Positions 54,964 through 64,000 of a stretch of DNA of 64,000 nt are shown here, in pieces (position 1 is the first letter of the stretch; every line of letters starts with the position of its first letter). The position numbers and the translations under genes are program-made. Under the pieces are notes generated by a model. It made no database searches. It worked only from the letters and a program-made list of their open reading frames with translations, and was not told where the DNA came from. Source of the stretch: Thermincola ferriacetica (GTDB lineage Bacteria > Bacillota > Thermincolia > Thermincolales > UBA2595); assembly GCA_016841725.1 (NCBI GenBank), contig JAENYP010000016.1, positions 25,272 to 89,271 of the forward strand, read 5' to 3'.

Positions 54964-56013
54964 CTATACCATTAACATGGCCACTATCTCGTCTGCAATA
55001 TTATGAATCGGAAGAATTCTATCCGCTTTCCCCATTTCGACAACAACACGCGGCATTCCATATACCACACAGGTTGCCTCATTTTGGGCAATCGTTTTTC
55101 CTCCTGCCTGCTTAACCGAAGCAGCACCTCTGGAGCCATCGAAACCCATCCCGGTGAGGATTACCGCAACAATCCTTGACCCGTAAAAATCCACCGCAGA
55201 TTCCAGGGTTACATCCACAGCGGGCCTGACACTGTGTACCGGCGGGTTCTGGTTTAAACCGAGCAGGGTCTTGGAACGCAGAATCATGTGGTATCCTCCG
55301 GGAGCAACATATGCCTTGCCGCTCAGCAGCTCATCTCCCTCCTGAGCTTCACATACCTCCAGTTGAGAGGTGTCATTAAGCCTGTTGGCCAGAGATTTAG
55401 TGAAACCTGGCGGCATATGCTGGACAATCAAAACAGCTGCCGACAAATTCCCTGGCAGACGCGGAACAACCTGCTGCAATGCATTCGGACCTCCCGTGGA
55501 ACTCCCGATGACAACCAGCCTATTTGGGGTTAGCCCAGACGGTAGTACAGGAGAAAACGATACAGGTTTTTGTAGAACGGGCAATATTGAGCTTCTAAAA
55601 TTGGTAACAACGGCTCTGGAAGCGACTCTAACCTTGGCCACCAGTTCTTCCTGAACTTTATGTATATCAAGGGAAATCGTCCCTGAAGGCTTGCCAACGA
55701 AATCAATCGCTCCAAGGGTGAGTGCTTTTACTGTCGTCTCACTCCCATCCTGTGTAAGGCTGCTGAGCATAATGACGGGAGTAGGGCACTCTTTCATAAT
55801 TCGCTGCAAAGCTGATAAACCATCAAGTCTGGGCATCTCCACATCAAGGGTAACTACGTCCGGCTTCAGACTCTTGATTTTTTCAAGTGCATCCAACCCA
55901 TCCCTGGCGGTACCGATAACAACGATGTTTTCATCAGACTCGAGTAAGTTGGAAACCACCTTCCTCATATATGCGGAATCATCTACGACAAGGACCTCAA
56001 TCCTTTTCGGCAT
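54964..56013 (-). CDS. cheB: chemotaxis response regulator protein-glutamate methylesterase
   Basis: The REC domain (VVDDSAYMR...DVEMP) is followed by the CheB methylesterase domain (GSSTGGP, HMPPGFT, GMGFDG). Confidence 0.95.
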   Translation of the reverse strand: MPKRIEVLVVDDSAYMRKVVSNLLESDENIVVIGTARDGLDALEKIKSLKPDVVTLDVEMPRLDGLSALQRIMKECPTPVIMLSSLTQDGSETTVKALTLGAIDFVGKPSGTISLDIHKVQEELVAKVRVASRAVVTNFRSSILPVLQKPVSFSPVLPSGLTPNRLVVIGSSTGGPNALQQVVPRLPGNLSAAVLIVQHMPPGFTKSLANRLNDTSQLEVCEAQEGDELLSGKAYVAPGGYHMILRSKTLLGLNQNPPVHSVRPAVDVTLESAVDFYGSRIVAVILTGMGFDGSRGAASVKQAGGKTIAQNEATCVVYGMPRVVVEMGKADRILPIHNIADEIVAMLMV

Positions 56014-56054
56014 TGTTATTCCTCCTGCACAGCATGTTGAGTAATGTTAGCAAT

Positions 56055-56411
56055 TTATCCAATAAATCTTTTGATTGTTGATAATATTTTTTCGGGTTGG
56101 TAAGGTTTAACGATAAAATCCTTAGCTCCTGCTTTTATAGCAGACATGACCGTGTTCTGCTGACCCAGGGCGCTGCACATGACAATAATTGCATTCGGGT
56201 CTACCTTTTTGATTTCCGCAACTGCTGTCAACCCATCCATTATCGGCATGGTTATGTCCATCAGCACCAGGTCAGGTTTTATATTCTGGTATTTTTCCAG
56301 GGCCTCCTGCCCATTTTCGGCTTCATCAACAGCATATCCGTTCTCGGTAAGCAGTTTAGCACACCGCATGCGCATAAATGCGGCATCATCAACCAGCAAC
56401 ACCTTTGCCAT
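56055..56411 (-). CDS. cheY: chemotaxis response regulator CheY
   Basis: Single REC domain, LLVDDAAFMR...DITMP...KPY. Confidence 0.9.
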   Translation of the reverse strand: MAKVLLVDDAAFMRMRCAKLLTENGYAVDEAENGQEALEKYQNIKPDLVLMDITMPIMDGLTAVAEIKKVDPNAIIVMCSALGQQNTVMSAIKAGAKDFIVKPYQPEKILSTIKRFIG

Positions 56412-56438
56412 TTTGCCACTCCTTTCATTTGTGCCGGC

Positions 56439-58562
56439 TTAAGAGGCAACCTTTTTTATGAGATTGGAAACATCAACAATAAGGGCAACATTGCCATCCC
56501 CAAGAATGGTTGCCCCTGAAATCCCCTGGACATCACCTACGTATTTTCCCAGGCTCTTGATAACAATTTCCTGCTCACCTACCAAAGAGTCCACCACAAG
56601 CCCCACCTGCTGTCCAGCCAGATTAACCACAACGATAAAGAGTTTTTCCCTCTCATCTTCACTTATACTGCCGTCGAATACAGTCTTAAGTCTGATTAGG
56701 GGCAGGGCTTTACCCCTGACCACAATTACCTCATGATTATTCACGTATTCAATCTGTTTTTTCTGTATCCTGATAGTCTCTGTTACGGTGGATAATGGAA
56801 TTGCATATACAGCCTCTCCTATCGAAACAAGCAGGGCTCTGATAATTGCAAGGGTTAGCGGCAGCTTGATTTTAAACTCCGTTCCCTTACCCACAATTGA
56901 GTTAATCTCAATAGCCCCATTAATTTTTTCGATGTTGTTCCTGACTACATCCATTCCCACCCCACGGCCGGATACATCTGTCACTTTTTTGACAGTACTT
57001 AGTCCAGACATGAAAATCAGACTAATTGCTTCTTTATCTGTAAGCCTCCTGGCTTGTTCTTCTGAAACCAGACCCTTTTTGATACCACTCTGCCTGACGG
57101 CCTCAGGGTCAATTCCCTTGCCATCATCTTTGATGGTTATAATAATATGGTTCTCTTCATGGGCAGCCTGAAGCTTCAGCTGACCAATCCGGTTCTTACC
57201 GACTGCCTCCCGTTCCTCGGGCAATTCCAGGCCATGGTCAACAGCATTTCTCAGCAGGTGAATCAGAGGATCACCAATTTCCTCAATAATTGACCGGTCA
57301 AGTTCCGTCTCTTGGCCTGTCATGATAAAATCAACCTCTTTCCCTGCTTTCTGGGAAAGATCTCTAACCATACGCGGAAACTTGTTAAAAAGGTTTTCGA
57401 CAGGAAGCATCCGGGCTTTCATAATATGTTCCTGGAGCTGCGTTGTTACCCTGGCTATATGTACAGAAGTTCTGCCAAGGTCCTGAGACATATCATCCAT
57501 TTCGTGTTCCGTCTCCATCATATTAAGTATCTGAAACAGTCTGGTCCTGTCAATAACGAGTTCCCCCACCAGGTTCATCAGACCGTCAAGAAGCTCTACA
57601 TCCACCCGTACAGTCCTGTTGGTTTTCTTTGCACTCAGTATCTTAGCTCCATTGCCTGCCTTTTCAGAATTTTCTCCTTTTGTGACAGGTTCGGCGACAA
57701 CCTCTTTAGGGGCTGCTTCAATATTGTCAGGCTGTCCTGATGAAGACTCCGGGGCACTGTAATTGGAGACATCGAATTTTTCTATATCCGGCAGCTCCTG
57801 AATAAGCTTTTTAATAGACTCTTCTTCTGCCCTGCTCAGAATGAGCATTTCCAGGCAGTCAGAAACCTTTTCCTGTTCGATCTCTTCGGCAGTAGGTTTT
57901 GAAATGATTACATCACCGATTTCCCCAAAAGCCATCAGGGTGACAAAAGTACGCACAGCTGCCATCTCAGGTTCCACATTGAACTTTATCCTGACCCAAT
58001 AAGGAATAGCGCCCTCCTCCGCTCCGTGTTGTACGGCATCTTTTTCCTCCCAGGAGAGCTCTAAACTACTTCCGGCAGACCGCTCCAGCTCGGATCCATC
58101 ATTCTGCTCCGGCACTGCTTTGCCGGTAACAGGTGGCGTCTCTGCTTCTTTTTGAACCGAAGCAGCATCAGACTCAGCTTCAAGGCTCAGTTTAGCAATA
58201 ATATCCTGAAGGTTCAGGTCTGATTCTTCATCATTAATGATTTCATCTCTTAGAACCCTAAGACAGTCCAGGCATTCAAAAAATATATCAACCAAGTGAC
58301 TGGTAACCTCTATCTGCCTTTTGCGCAGCTTGTCAAGAACATTTTCCATGGCATGTGTCAGTTGAGCCATGCGGTTGTGCCCAATAGTAGCAGATGAACC
58401 TTTCAATGTATGGGAAGCACGGAAAATTTCCTGCATCAAATCTTCATTAAACTCTTCTTTTTCCATTCGTACGAGATCTTCTTCCAATGTCTGAAAATGT
58501 TCTTCTGCTTCCTCAAGAAATATTTTCAGTTCCTCCGGAGAGGCATCCAAATGTAGACTCAT
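56439..58562 (-). CDS. cheA: chemotaxis histidine kinase CheA
   Basis: Hpt (FRASHTLKGS), dimerisation, HATPase (GRGVGMDVV) and C-terminal CheW-like domains. Confidence 0.95.
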   Translation of the reverse strand: MSLHLDASPEELKIFLEEAEEHFQTLEEDLVRMEKEEFNEDLMQEIFRASHTLKGSSATIGHNRMAQLTHAMENVLDKLRKRQIEVTSHLVDIFFECLDCLRVLRDEIINDEESDLNLQDIIAKLSLEAESDAASVQKEAETPPVTGKAVPEQNDGSELERSAGSSLELSWEEKDAVQHGAEEGAIPYWVRIKFNVEPEMAAVRTFVTLMAFGEIGDVIISKPTAEEIEQEKVSDCLEMLILSRAEEESIKKLIQELPDIEKFDVSNYSAPESSSGQPDNIEAAPKEVVAEPVTKGENSEKAGNGAKILSAKKTNRTVRVDVELLDGLMNLVGELVIDRTRLFQILNMMETEHEMDDMSQDLGRTSVHIARVTTQLQEHIMKARMLPVENLFNKFPRMVRDLSQKAGKEVDFIMTGQETELDRSIIEEIGDPLIHLLRNAVDHGLELPEEREAVGKNRIGQLKLQAAHEENHIIITIKDDGKGIDPEAVRQSGIKKGLVSEEQARRLTDKEAISLIFMSGLSTVKKVTDVSGRGVGMDVVRNNIEKINGAIEINSIVGKGTEFKIKLPLTLAIIRALLVSIGEAVYAIPLSTVTETIRIQKKQIEYVNNHEVIVVRGKALPLIRLKTVFDGSISEDEREKLFIVVVNLAGQQVGLVVDSLVGEQEIVIKSLGKYVGDVQGISGATILGDGNVALIVDVSNLIKKVAS

Positions 58563-58585
58563 GGCACATCCTCCCTTCTCTTTTT

Positions 58586-59056
58586 TCAGCTAAAGTTATC
58601 CAGCATGGATGTATCGTCCTTACGGAGTACCTTGGCAAGGTCAAGCAGTATAACCAGACTGTCCTCTAATTTGGCAATACCTAACAGGTATTCCTCATCA
58701 ATCCCGTTCATAATCTTTGAAGGAGGTTCAATAACCTCACCGGGAATCCGGACAACCTCAGACACCCCGTCAACTTGCATTCCAATATTGCTGCCTTCAA
58801 CCTCAACTACAACAATTCGAGTCAAGCGGGTTATTTCACCACCTAGCAGGTTAAATTTTTTATGCAGGTTGAATACAGGAATAACAAGACCCCTGAGGTT
58901 TATCACTCCTTCTATGTAATCTTCCGTGCCCGGAACCTCAGTGATAGTCTGCATTGTAATGATTTCCAGCACAGTAGAAATCTCGAGCCCGTAAACTTCC
59001 CTGCCAAGCCTGAAAACCACATATTGATTGTCACCGGTCATCAGCTCTTCAGCCAT
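58586..59056 (-). CDS. cheW: chemotaxis coupling protein CheW
   Basis: YVVFRLGREVYGLEI...INLRGLVIPV CheW signature. Confidence 0.9.
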   Translation of the reverse strand: MAEELMTGDNQYVVFRLGREVYGLEISTVLEIITMQTITEVPGTEDYIEGVINLRGLVIPVFNLHKKFNLLGGEITRLTRIVVVEVEGSNIGMQVDGVSEVVRIPGEVIEPPSKIMNGIDEEYLLGIAKLEDSLVILLDLAKVLRKDDTSMLDNFS

Positions 59057-59073
59057 ATTATCCCTCCTTAAAC

Positions 59074-60927
59074 TTAGACACGGAACCTCAGAGACAAATC
59101 TTTCAGGTTCTGGGCCATTGCTGCCAGGTCTTTTGAAGATGAAGAAATCAGGTCACTGGTTGAATACATCTGTTCACAGGAAGCGGTCACTTCCTCAGCA
59201 GCAGCAGCGCTCTCCTGAGCGATTGCTGCGATTTCCTCTATTGCCCTGATTACTTCATCACTGCTGCCTGCCATTTCCTGTGTGGCCAAAGAATTCTCTT
59301 CTGTGATACCTGCCACGACTTCCATTGACCCGACAACTTCGGTACTGTATTCTGAGATCTGTTGGGCAGCCTTTGAAATCTTATGTATTTCATCATTGGT
59401 CCGGGCCACATTGGTAATAATCCGGTCCAGGGCGCTGCCTGCATCTGCTGCCAGACCGGCGCCGTTTTCAACCTCCTGTGTTCCTTCATTCATTGCCGAA
59501 ACGGCTCTTTCAGTACCCCCCTGGATTGCATTGACCAATTCTGCAATCTCTTTGGTTGCTTTACTGCTTCGCTCAGCCAGTTTCCTGACTTCATCAGCCA
59601 CCACGGCAAATCCCTTGCCGTGTTCCCCTGCCCGTGCTGCTTCAATAGCTGCATTAAGGGCCAGAAGGTTAGTCTGCTCAGCTATATCGTCAATAACCTG
59701 GATGATCTCTCCTATCTGTTGTGATCGTTCTCCAAGTTCCTTAATCCGGTTTGCCGCGTCAAAAACTTTGGACTTGATGTTATCCATACCTGATACAACC
59801 TTTTCTACCGCCTGCCCCCCCTGGCCGGCTACCTGAGTAGTCTCTTCTGCGGTATCTGCCGCAAACTGCGCACTGGAAGCAACCTCTTCAACCCCGGAAA
59901 CCATCTGGCCAATCGCCATAGAGGTGCTGTTTACCTTTTCAGCCTGCTGCCCTGCCCCCCTGGCAATCGAAGTTATGGTTTCACCATGCCTGTCCATTAT
60001 TTTTACAACCTCTGCGATGTCCTGGGTCTGTTTCGTGTTGCCCCTGGCCACCTCTTCAATGGCATTATTAACTTCTTGGTTGGAACGAGTCATGTTTAAT
60101 GAATTGGCTGAAAACTCGTTGGCTTCAGAGGCGCACTTTTCACTGGCAGCAATAATTTCTGAGATTATCTGTTTCATATTAGCTGTCATGCTGTTAAAAG
60201 AAGCTGCCAGTATCCCCACTTCATCATGGGTTCTGATAACAAGCTCACCGGTAAGGTCCCCCTGTGCCGCCCTCTCAACAGCCGCTTTGACCGTATTTAT
60301 AGGATTAGCTATGGTTCTGGCTACAAATAATGCAATTATAATACTTACAAGCAGGATACCAATACCGAAGATGCCGATTGTGGTAATAAAAGTGGTATTC
60401 AATGAATCCAGAAATTGTTTTGATACACCCACATACCAGATACCAATAACCTTTCCGGCTGCGTCCTTAATAGGTTTGTATGCCGTCTGGTACATAACCC
60501 CTACAACTTCTGCCTCACCGTAAAAAGGCAGACCCTGATCCAGCACCTGCTGTTTTACTTCATCAGATACTTTGGTGTTAATCTGACGTACGCCGTCTCT
60601 TTTGACAGTTGTGGCAACCCTGGTATCCCCCTGGAACACTGTAACAGTATCATTGGTTAGCTCTGCAATCTTGTCAATGAGCTCGTAGTTCTCATTCATG
60701 ACTGTATTACCCTTATAAAGTTTGCCGTTTTTAATGCTCCAGTCACCGGGGTATGTCCGGTTTATCAATTCCTCGCCTGTTGCCAGGTCTCCCTTGGCCT
60801 TTTCCAGAAAAGTCTCTTTTGCTCCCTTATTCATAGAATAAATCGACACAACACTAAGTGTAATTACTGCAAACAAAGCTACAATAAACATCATTACCAT
60901 TAACTTGCCTTTAATACTTAGCCTCAC
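59074..60927 (-). CDS. methyl-accepting chemotaxis protein (Cache-type sensor, HAMP, MA domain)
   Basis: The signalling hairpin is nearly identical to that of the MCP at 50503..52464. First gene of the che operon. Confidence 0.9.
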   Translation of the reverse strand: MRLSIKGKLMVMMFIVALFAVITLSVVSIYSMNKGAKETFLEKAKGDLATGEELINRTYPGDWSIKNGKLYKGNTVMNENYELIDKIAELTNDTVTVFQGDTRVATTVKRDGVRQINTKVSDEVKQQVLDQGLPFYGEAEVVGVMYQTAYKPIKDAAGKVIGIWYVGVSKQFLDSLNTTFITTIGIFGIGILLVSIIIALFVARTIANPINTVKAAVERAAQGDLTGELVIRTHDEVGILAASFNSMTANMKQIISEIIAASEKCASEANEFSANSLNMTRSNQEVNNAIEEVARGNTKQTQDIAEVVKIMDRHGETITSIARGAGQQAEKVNSTSMAIGQMVSGVEEVASSAQFAADTAEETTQVAGQGGQAVEKVVSGMDNIKSKVFDAANRIKELGERSQQIGEIIQVIDDIAEQTNLLALNAAIEAARAGEHGKGFAVVADEVRKLAERSSKATKEIAELVNAIQGGTERAVSAMNEGTQEVENGAGLAADAGSALDRIITNVARTNDEIHKISKAAQQISEYSTEVVGSMEVVAGITEENSLATQEMAGSSDEVIRAIEEIAAIAQESAAAAEEVTASCEQMYSTSDLISSSSKDLAAMAQNLKDLSLRFRV

Positions 60928-61150
60928 CCTGCCTCACCCATCCCACACGTTATTTTTTTGGCTGCACATGGTGTTGTAATACTTTGACAGAATACCTGCC
61001 TGTCCATCCATTTGGCATGATGTGCTGCCAGTTACCGGTCTAATTGTTCTTCATACTGTTTCCATCAAAGTATTTAATGTAATTAGCAAATTTAGCCAGT
61101 CTTAACTGATACTTCGACAAAATATGGGAAATTCCTTCAGTATTCAACTT

Positions 61151-61267
61151 TTACCTTACAAATTTACAAAAATATTTGGAAATCGGACCCATTAATCCGA
61201 TAAGAAGCACTGTTAAAAAAAAGATGCCTGCTGCCAGCACGGAACGTATCCTGATTATACCCCACAT
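61151..61267 (-). CDS. possible 38-aa small membrane protein (below the ORF-track cutoff)
   Basis: Hand translation gives MWGIIRIRSVLAAGIFFLTVLLIGLMGPISKYFCKFVR. GGGGGTG RBS 5 nt upstream of the ATG. One hydrophobic helix. Speculative. Confidence 0.25.
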   Translation of the reverse strand: MWGIIRIRSVLAAGIFFLTVLLIGLMGPISKYFCKFVR

Positions 61268-61412
61268 AAAAGCACCCCCATTGGACAGCACTATCCTGCC
61301 CCGTCTGGTAATTTATACGTACCGCAGAACCTGATTATGAAACCGGAGCATAATTTTTGCCAAGTGGAATACGTATGTAAAAGAAATATTAAGCATGGTG
61401 AAGGTGGTATGA

Positions 61413-62144
61413 TTGGTCGAAACTGTGATAATAAGCCTGATAGCGGGACTTGCCACCTGTTTTGGAGCCCTGGTGGTACTAATGATTGGCAACCCTCGGG
61501 AAAAAACCCTTTCGACACTGTTTGGCCTGGCTGCCGGAATCATGCTGGCTGTTATAGTGTTGGACTTATTGCCCTCCGCTCTGGAACAGGGTACATTCCG
61601 GCAGACAGCAGCAGGTTTCAGTATTGGGATAATGATCATGCTGGTGCTGGACCTGGTCCTCTCCCAAATTTATCCCCCTATAAAAAGTAATTCTAATCAA
61701 ACGGCCTACTTTCGAAAGATGGGTTACCTGGTTGGCATCGGAATTGCGCTGCACGATTTGCCTGAAGGAATAGCAATTGCAGCAGGATTTTCTGCTCAGC
61801 AGCATCTAGGCCTGGTTATTGCGGTTGCCATTGGCCTCCACAACATCCCCGAAGGGATGGCCACTGCCACACCCCTCAAAATTGGAAAAGTACCTGATTT
61901 AACAATCTTGCTGCTTAACATCGTCCTCAGCCTGTTTACCCCAGCCGGTGCCTTCATCGGTCTGCTGCTTTTAAACCTGTCTCCCGGTCATGTTGCCCTT
62001 TTACTGGCAGTTGCCGCCGGAGCTATGACATACATTGTCAAAAATGAACTTTTGCCGGAATCCAGGCGCAGGCACCCCAATTATGCAACTCTTGGCGGAA
62101 TCATCGGCTTTCTCTTTATATTGGTTTTGGGGTTCATCCATTAA
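61413..62144 (+). CDS. ZIP-family (ZupT-like) divalent metal transporter
   Basis: GIALHDLPEGIAIAAGF and GLHNIPEGMATA motifs. TTG start behind GAAGGTGG. Confidence 0.85.
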   Translation: MVETVIISLIAGLATCFGALVVLMIGNPREKTLSTLFGLAAGIMLAVIVLDLLPSALEQGTFRQTAAGFSIGIMIMLVLDLVLSQIYPPIKSNSNQTAYFRKMGYLVGIGIALHDLPEGIAIAAGFSAQQHLGLVIAVAIGLHNIPEGMATATPLKIGKVPDLTILLLNIVLSLFTPAGAFIGLLLLNLSPGHVALLLAVAAGAMTYIVKNELLPESRRRHPNYATLGGIIGFLFILVLGFIH

Positions 62145-62180
62145 TCCCTCTGTTGCCCGGCTTATCGGACTGGAAAAGCG

Positions 62181-62230
62181 AGACACGCAGTGTCAGGAAA
62201 TGTTTCCTAAACCGCGTGTCTTTCTTTCTG
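62181..62230 (+). terminator. terminator after the ZIP transporter gene
   Basis: AGACACGC/GCGTGTCT outer stem with an inner AGGAAA/TTTCCT stem, followed by TTCTTTCT. Confidence 0.6.
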
Positions 62231-62257
62231 CCTGAGGTCCCCTTCTCTGTCCTTGGT

Positions 62258-62512
62258 CTACTCCGGGTCCAGGACACTATGGCCCAGTGAATTGAGGGTC
62301 CCGGTAATATGAGCCTCCGAAACCTTCCCGGAATCGAACTGGATTGCTATATTGCGTGAACGTTCATCAAAATTAACTTCCCGGACGCCATCAATCTGGC
62401 TTATCATCGCCACAACCTCATTGGTGATTCCGGGTTCAGTCATACCCCCCAGCCTATACTCCCGTTGAACAGTTTGTCCTTTATTGTGTTCCGTGTCATT
62501 ATAAGGAGACAT
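62258..62512 (-). CDS. HMA-fold-like small protein lacking the CxxC metal site
   Basis: YRLGGMTEPGITNEVVAMISQIDGVREVNFDERSRNIAIQFD aligns by eye to the CopZ pattern GMxCxxC...V...L..l.GV..v.v.l. The cysteines are replaced. Start at 62512 behind GGGAGGG. Confidence 0.55.
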   Translation of the reverse strand: MSPYNDTEHNKGQTVQREYRLGGMTEPGITNEVVAMISQIDGVREVNFDERSRNIAIQFDSGKVSEAHITGTLNSLGHSVLDPE

Positions 62513-62702
62513 ATTAACCCTCCCAACCAATATTTGTCAGCTCTTGGAAATAGATAGAGCCCAAGACTCCACCTGATGCAAGAACTCTGTTAATATAATT
62601 CCCAATAAAGCATAACTTATGATTTATCGGTGTTTGTCCGCAGCCCTGAAAAAAACCCAATAAAAACAAAAGAAGCTGCTTAGAAACAGCTTCCATAGTA
62701 CA

Positions 62703-63392
62703 TCACCCTTTTGCCCCCGGTATTCCCACAGGTATGCAGAGGGTTTCGCCAATCTGCAGGTTCAACGGGTCTGCTTCCGGATTAGCCTCTGTAATTGCCT
62801 CAACAGTAGTCCCATATTTCCTGGAAAGCTTCCAAAACGTATCTCCCTGTTGGATAACATGCATTATAGCATTACCCGGACAAGGACCCTCGGGTTCTTC
62901 AGGAGGTTCAGGACACTCAGGTATCTCCGGAAGCTCAGGGCACTCCGGTATCTCCGGAAGCTCAGGACACTCCGGTATCTCCGGAAGGTCTGGGCACTCC
63001 GGTATCTCCGGAAGGTCTGGGCACTCAGGAAAATCGGGAATACAGGGAATTTGCGGGAAGGACTCCAGGTCTTCTTCCACAAGGTCTTCTCTTGCTTCTG
63101 CTATATCGGGTTCAGCAAAATCCTCCCCGTCGGAACCTCTCTCTTGTTCAGGCCTTTCTGATTCTGCAGGTATCTCTGCTTCCACCGGAACCTCTGCCTC
63201 TACCGGAACCTCTGCTTCCACCGGAACCTCTGCTTCCGCAGGTGCGGTCTGGTCCCCCTGAATAAAGTTTGGCGGCTCTATAACATTTTCAGTATCTTCA
63301 CTGGATATGTACTCCTTATCCTTTAAAGGCTTTTCACCCTTTTTCGGTGGAACGTATTTAAAGAACAGGAACCTTTGTTTATCTCCGGCCAA
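62703..63392 (-). CDS. C-terminal LysM-domain protein with acidic EVPVEA and Cys-Pro (CP[DE]LPEIPE) tandem repeats
   Basis: The LysM motif VIQQGDTFWKLSRKYGTTVEAITEANP...LQIGETLCIP is present. TTG start behind AAGGGGGG. Confidence 0.75.
   Translation of the reverse strand: MAGDKQRFLFFKYVPPKKGEKPLKDKEYISSEDTENVIEPPNFIQGDQTAPAEAEVPVEAEVPVEAEVPVEAEIPAESERPEQERGSDGEDFAEPDIAEAREDLVEEDLESFPQIPCIPDFPECPDLPEIPECPDLPEIPECPELPEIPECPELPEIPECPEPPEEPEGPCPGNAIMHVIQQGDTFWKLSRKYGTTVEAITEANPEADPLNLQIGETLCIPVGIPGAKG
62910..63025 (-). repeat. 27-bp tandem repeats (about 4 units) encoding CP(D/E)LPEIPE
   Basis: Near-identical units CTCCGGAAG(C/G)TC(A/T)GG(G/A)CACTCCGGTAT are visible on the plus strand. Confidence 0.8.
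63165..63238 (-). repeat. 18-bp tandem repeats (about 3.5 units) encoding EVPVEA
   Basis: CTCTGC(T/C)TC(C/T)ACCGGAAC is repeated on the plus strand. Confidence 0.8.
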
Positions 63393-63491
63393 CTATATCC
63401 CCCCTTTCAAAGCACTTTAATATAATATATGATACCTTATCCAATTTATTTCAAATATTTTCTTGGATGAATTTCGACCACCCCTGGCAGT

Positions 63492-64000
63492 TTAAATACT
63501 ATACAGCGCCCTGTGCCAATTAATTGTGCGCAAGAGTCCTTCTTCAAGGGCGAATACCGGAAACCACTTCATGCTTCTCCCGGCAAGACCTATATCAATC
63601 TTGAATCCAAGGTGTTTTCCCTTTTCACAGGGAAGATTAATTATCTCTGAAGTTGAAGATGTGAGCCTGATTATACTGTTTGCCAACTCATTTATGGATA
63701 GTTGTGTTCCTGAACCGATATTTACTATCAGCCCCTCTACTTCCTTGCGATAAGATACTGCTTGACTTAGCGCCCGAACGGCATCTTTGACATATATAAA
63801 ATCCCTGGTTTGTTCACCTGTGCCGTAAATAATCAGTGGTTCATTACGCAAAGCCCTGTCTATAAATGACGCCACAACAGAATTATAACCATAAATGCTG
63901 TGGTTTTCTCCGAAGGTATTAGTGAACCTGACTGATGTCACCGGGTAGTTATACCATCTGCCTACAGCCATTACATGCTGCTCAGCCGCCAGTTTTGTAA
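63492..64000 (-). CDS. NAD-dependent epimerase/dehydratase, C-terminal part; gene continues past the window end
   Basis: The ORF is open at the window edge. R..N.FGP-like FTNTFGEN, IYGTGEQTRDFIYVKD is a typical SDR-extended epimerase C-terminal half. Confidence 0.8.
   Translation of the reverse strand, partial: TKLAAEQHVMAVGRWYNYPVTSVRFTNTFGENHSIYGYNSVVASFIDRALRNEPLIIYGTGEQTRDFIYVKDAVRALSQAVSYRKEVEGLIVNIGSGTQLSINELANSIIRLTSSTSEIINLPCEKGKHLGFKIDIGLAGRSMKWFPVFALEEGLLRTINWHRALYSI

Noticed and set aside
61310-61380. Two ATACGTA-containing motifs upstream of the ZIP transporter gene as a Zur/metalloregulator box.
   Set aside because: They are short, do not resemble the Zur/Fur-family palindromes I know, and are not arranged as a clear inverted repeat.
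1-64000. Scan of the window for tRNA or rRNA genes, CRISPR arrays, transposases, integrases, phage genes and toxin-antitoxin or known defence-system genes.
   Set aside because: None was seen. There are no T-loop GGTTCGAATCC-type motifs and no regularly spaced direct repeats other than the intragenic LysM repeats. No ORF shows recombinase or nuclease signatures. Bacillus has tRNA genes between yabR and spoIIE, but this genome has protein-coding genes there.

Overview
The window looks like the origin-proximal housekeeping and sporulation supercluster of an anaerobic, spore-forming Firmicute. Gene content suggests class Clostridia, Peptococcaceae/Desulfotomaculum-like. Almost every gene is on the minus strand. 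Read from high to low coordinates, the backbone follows the Bacillus order: ispE - spoVG - glmU - prs - ctc - pth - fin - mfd - spoVT - spoVB/yabM - yabN - yabO - yabP - yabQ - divIC - yabR - spoIIE - yabS - yabT - tilS - ftsH. A folate/pantothenate block follows (fhs, folP, folB, folK, panG-like, panB). Lineage-specific insertions interrupt this backbone: a cyanophycin pair (cphA/cphB), an orphan Ni-CODH (cooS), a fluoride riboswitch with two crcB genes, hup, a SpoIID-like lipoprotein, a Ppx/GppA phosphatase and three unknown genes. The high-coordinate end carries a chemotaxis operon (mcp-cheW-cheA-cheY-cheB), a second MCP, a degenerate HdrA/MvhD gene beside the wreck of an Mvh-type [NiFe] hydrogenase, a ZIP transporter, a Cys-less HMA-like protein and a repeat-rich LysM protein. 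The observations most worth follow-up are listed here. (1) A helically phased array of DnaA boxes lies directly upstream of a small GerE/LuxR-type HTH gene that is translationally coupled to divIC. (2) A family of long imperfect palindromic intergenic elements has conserved GGGG[TC]AGAT termini and three copies; one copy is flanked by a duplicated gene end and terminator. (3) The YabS-type vWA protein is circularly permuted and sits between SpoIIE (PP2C) and the YabT-type kinase. (4) An unknown gene set with two paralogues is inserted next to spoIIE. (5) A cofactor-motif-less HdrA homologue sits beside hydrogenase pseudogene fragments. No tRNA, rRNA, CRISPR array, transposase or integrase was seen. 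All calls come from reading the sequence and ORF track and from motif recognition. No database search was run.
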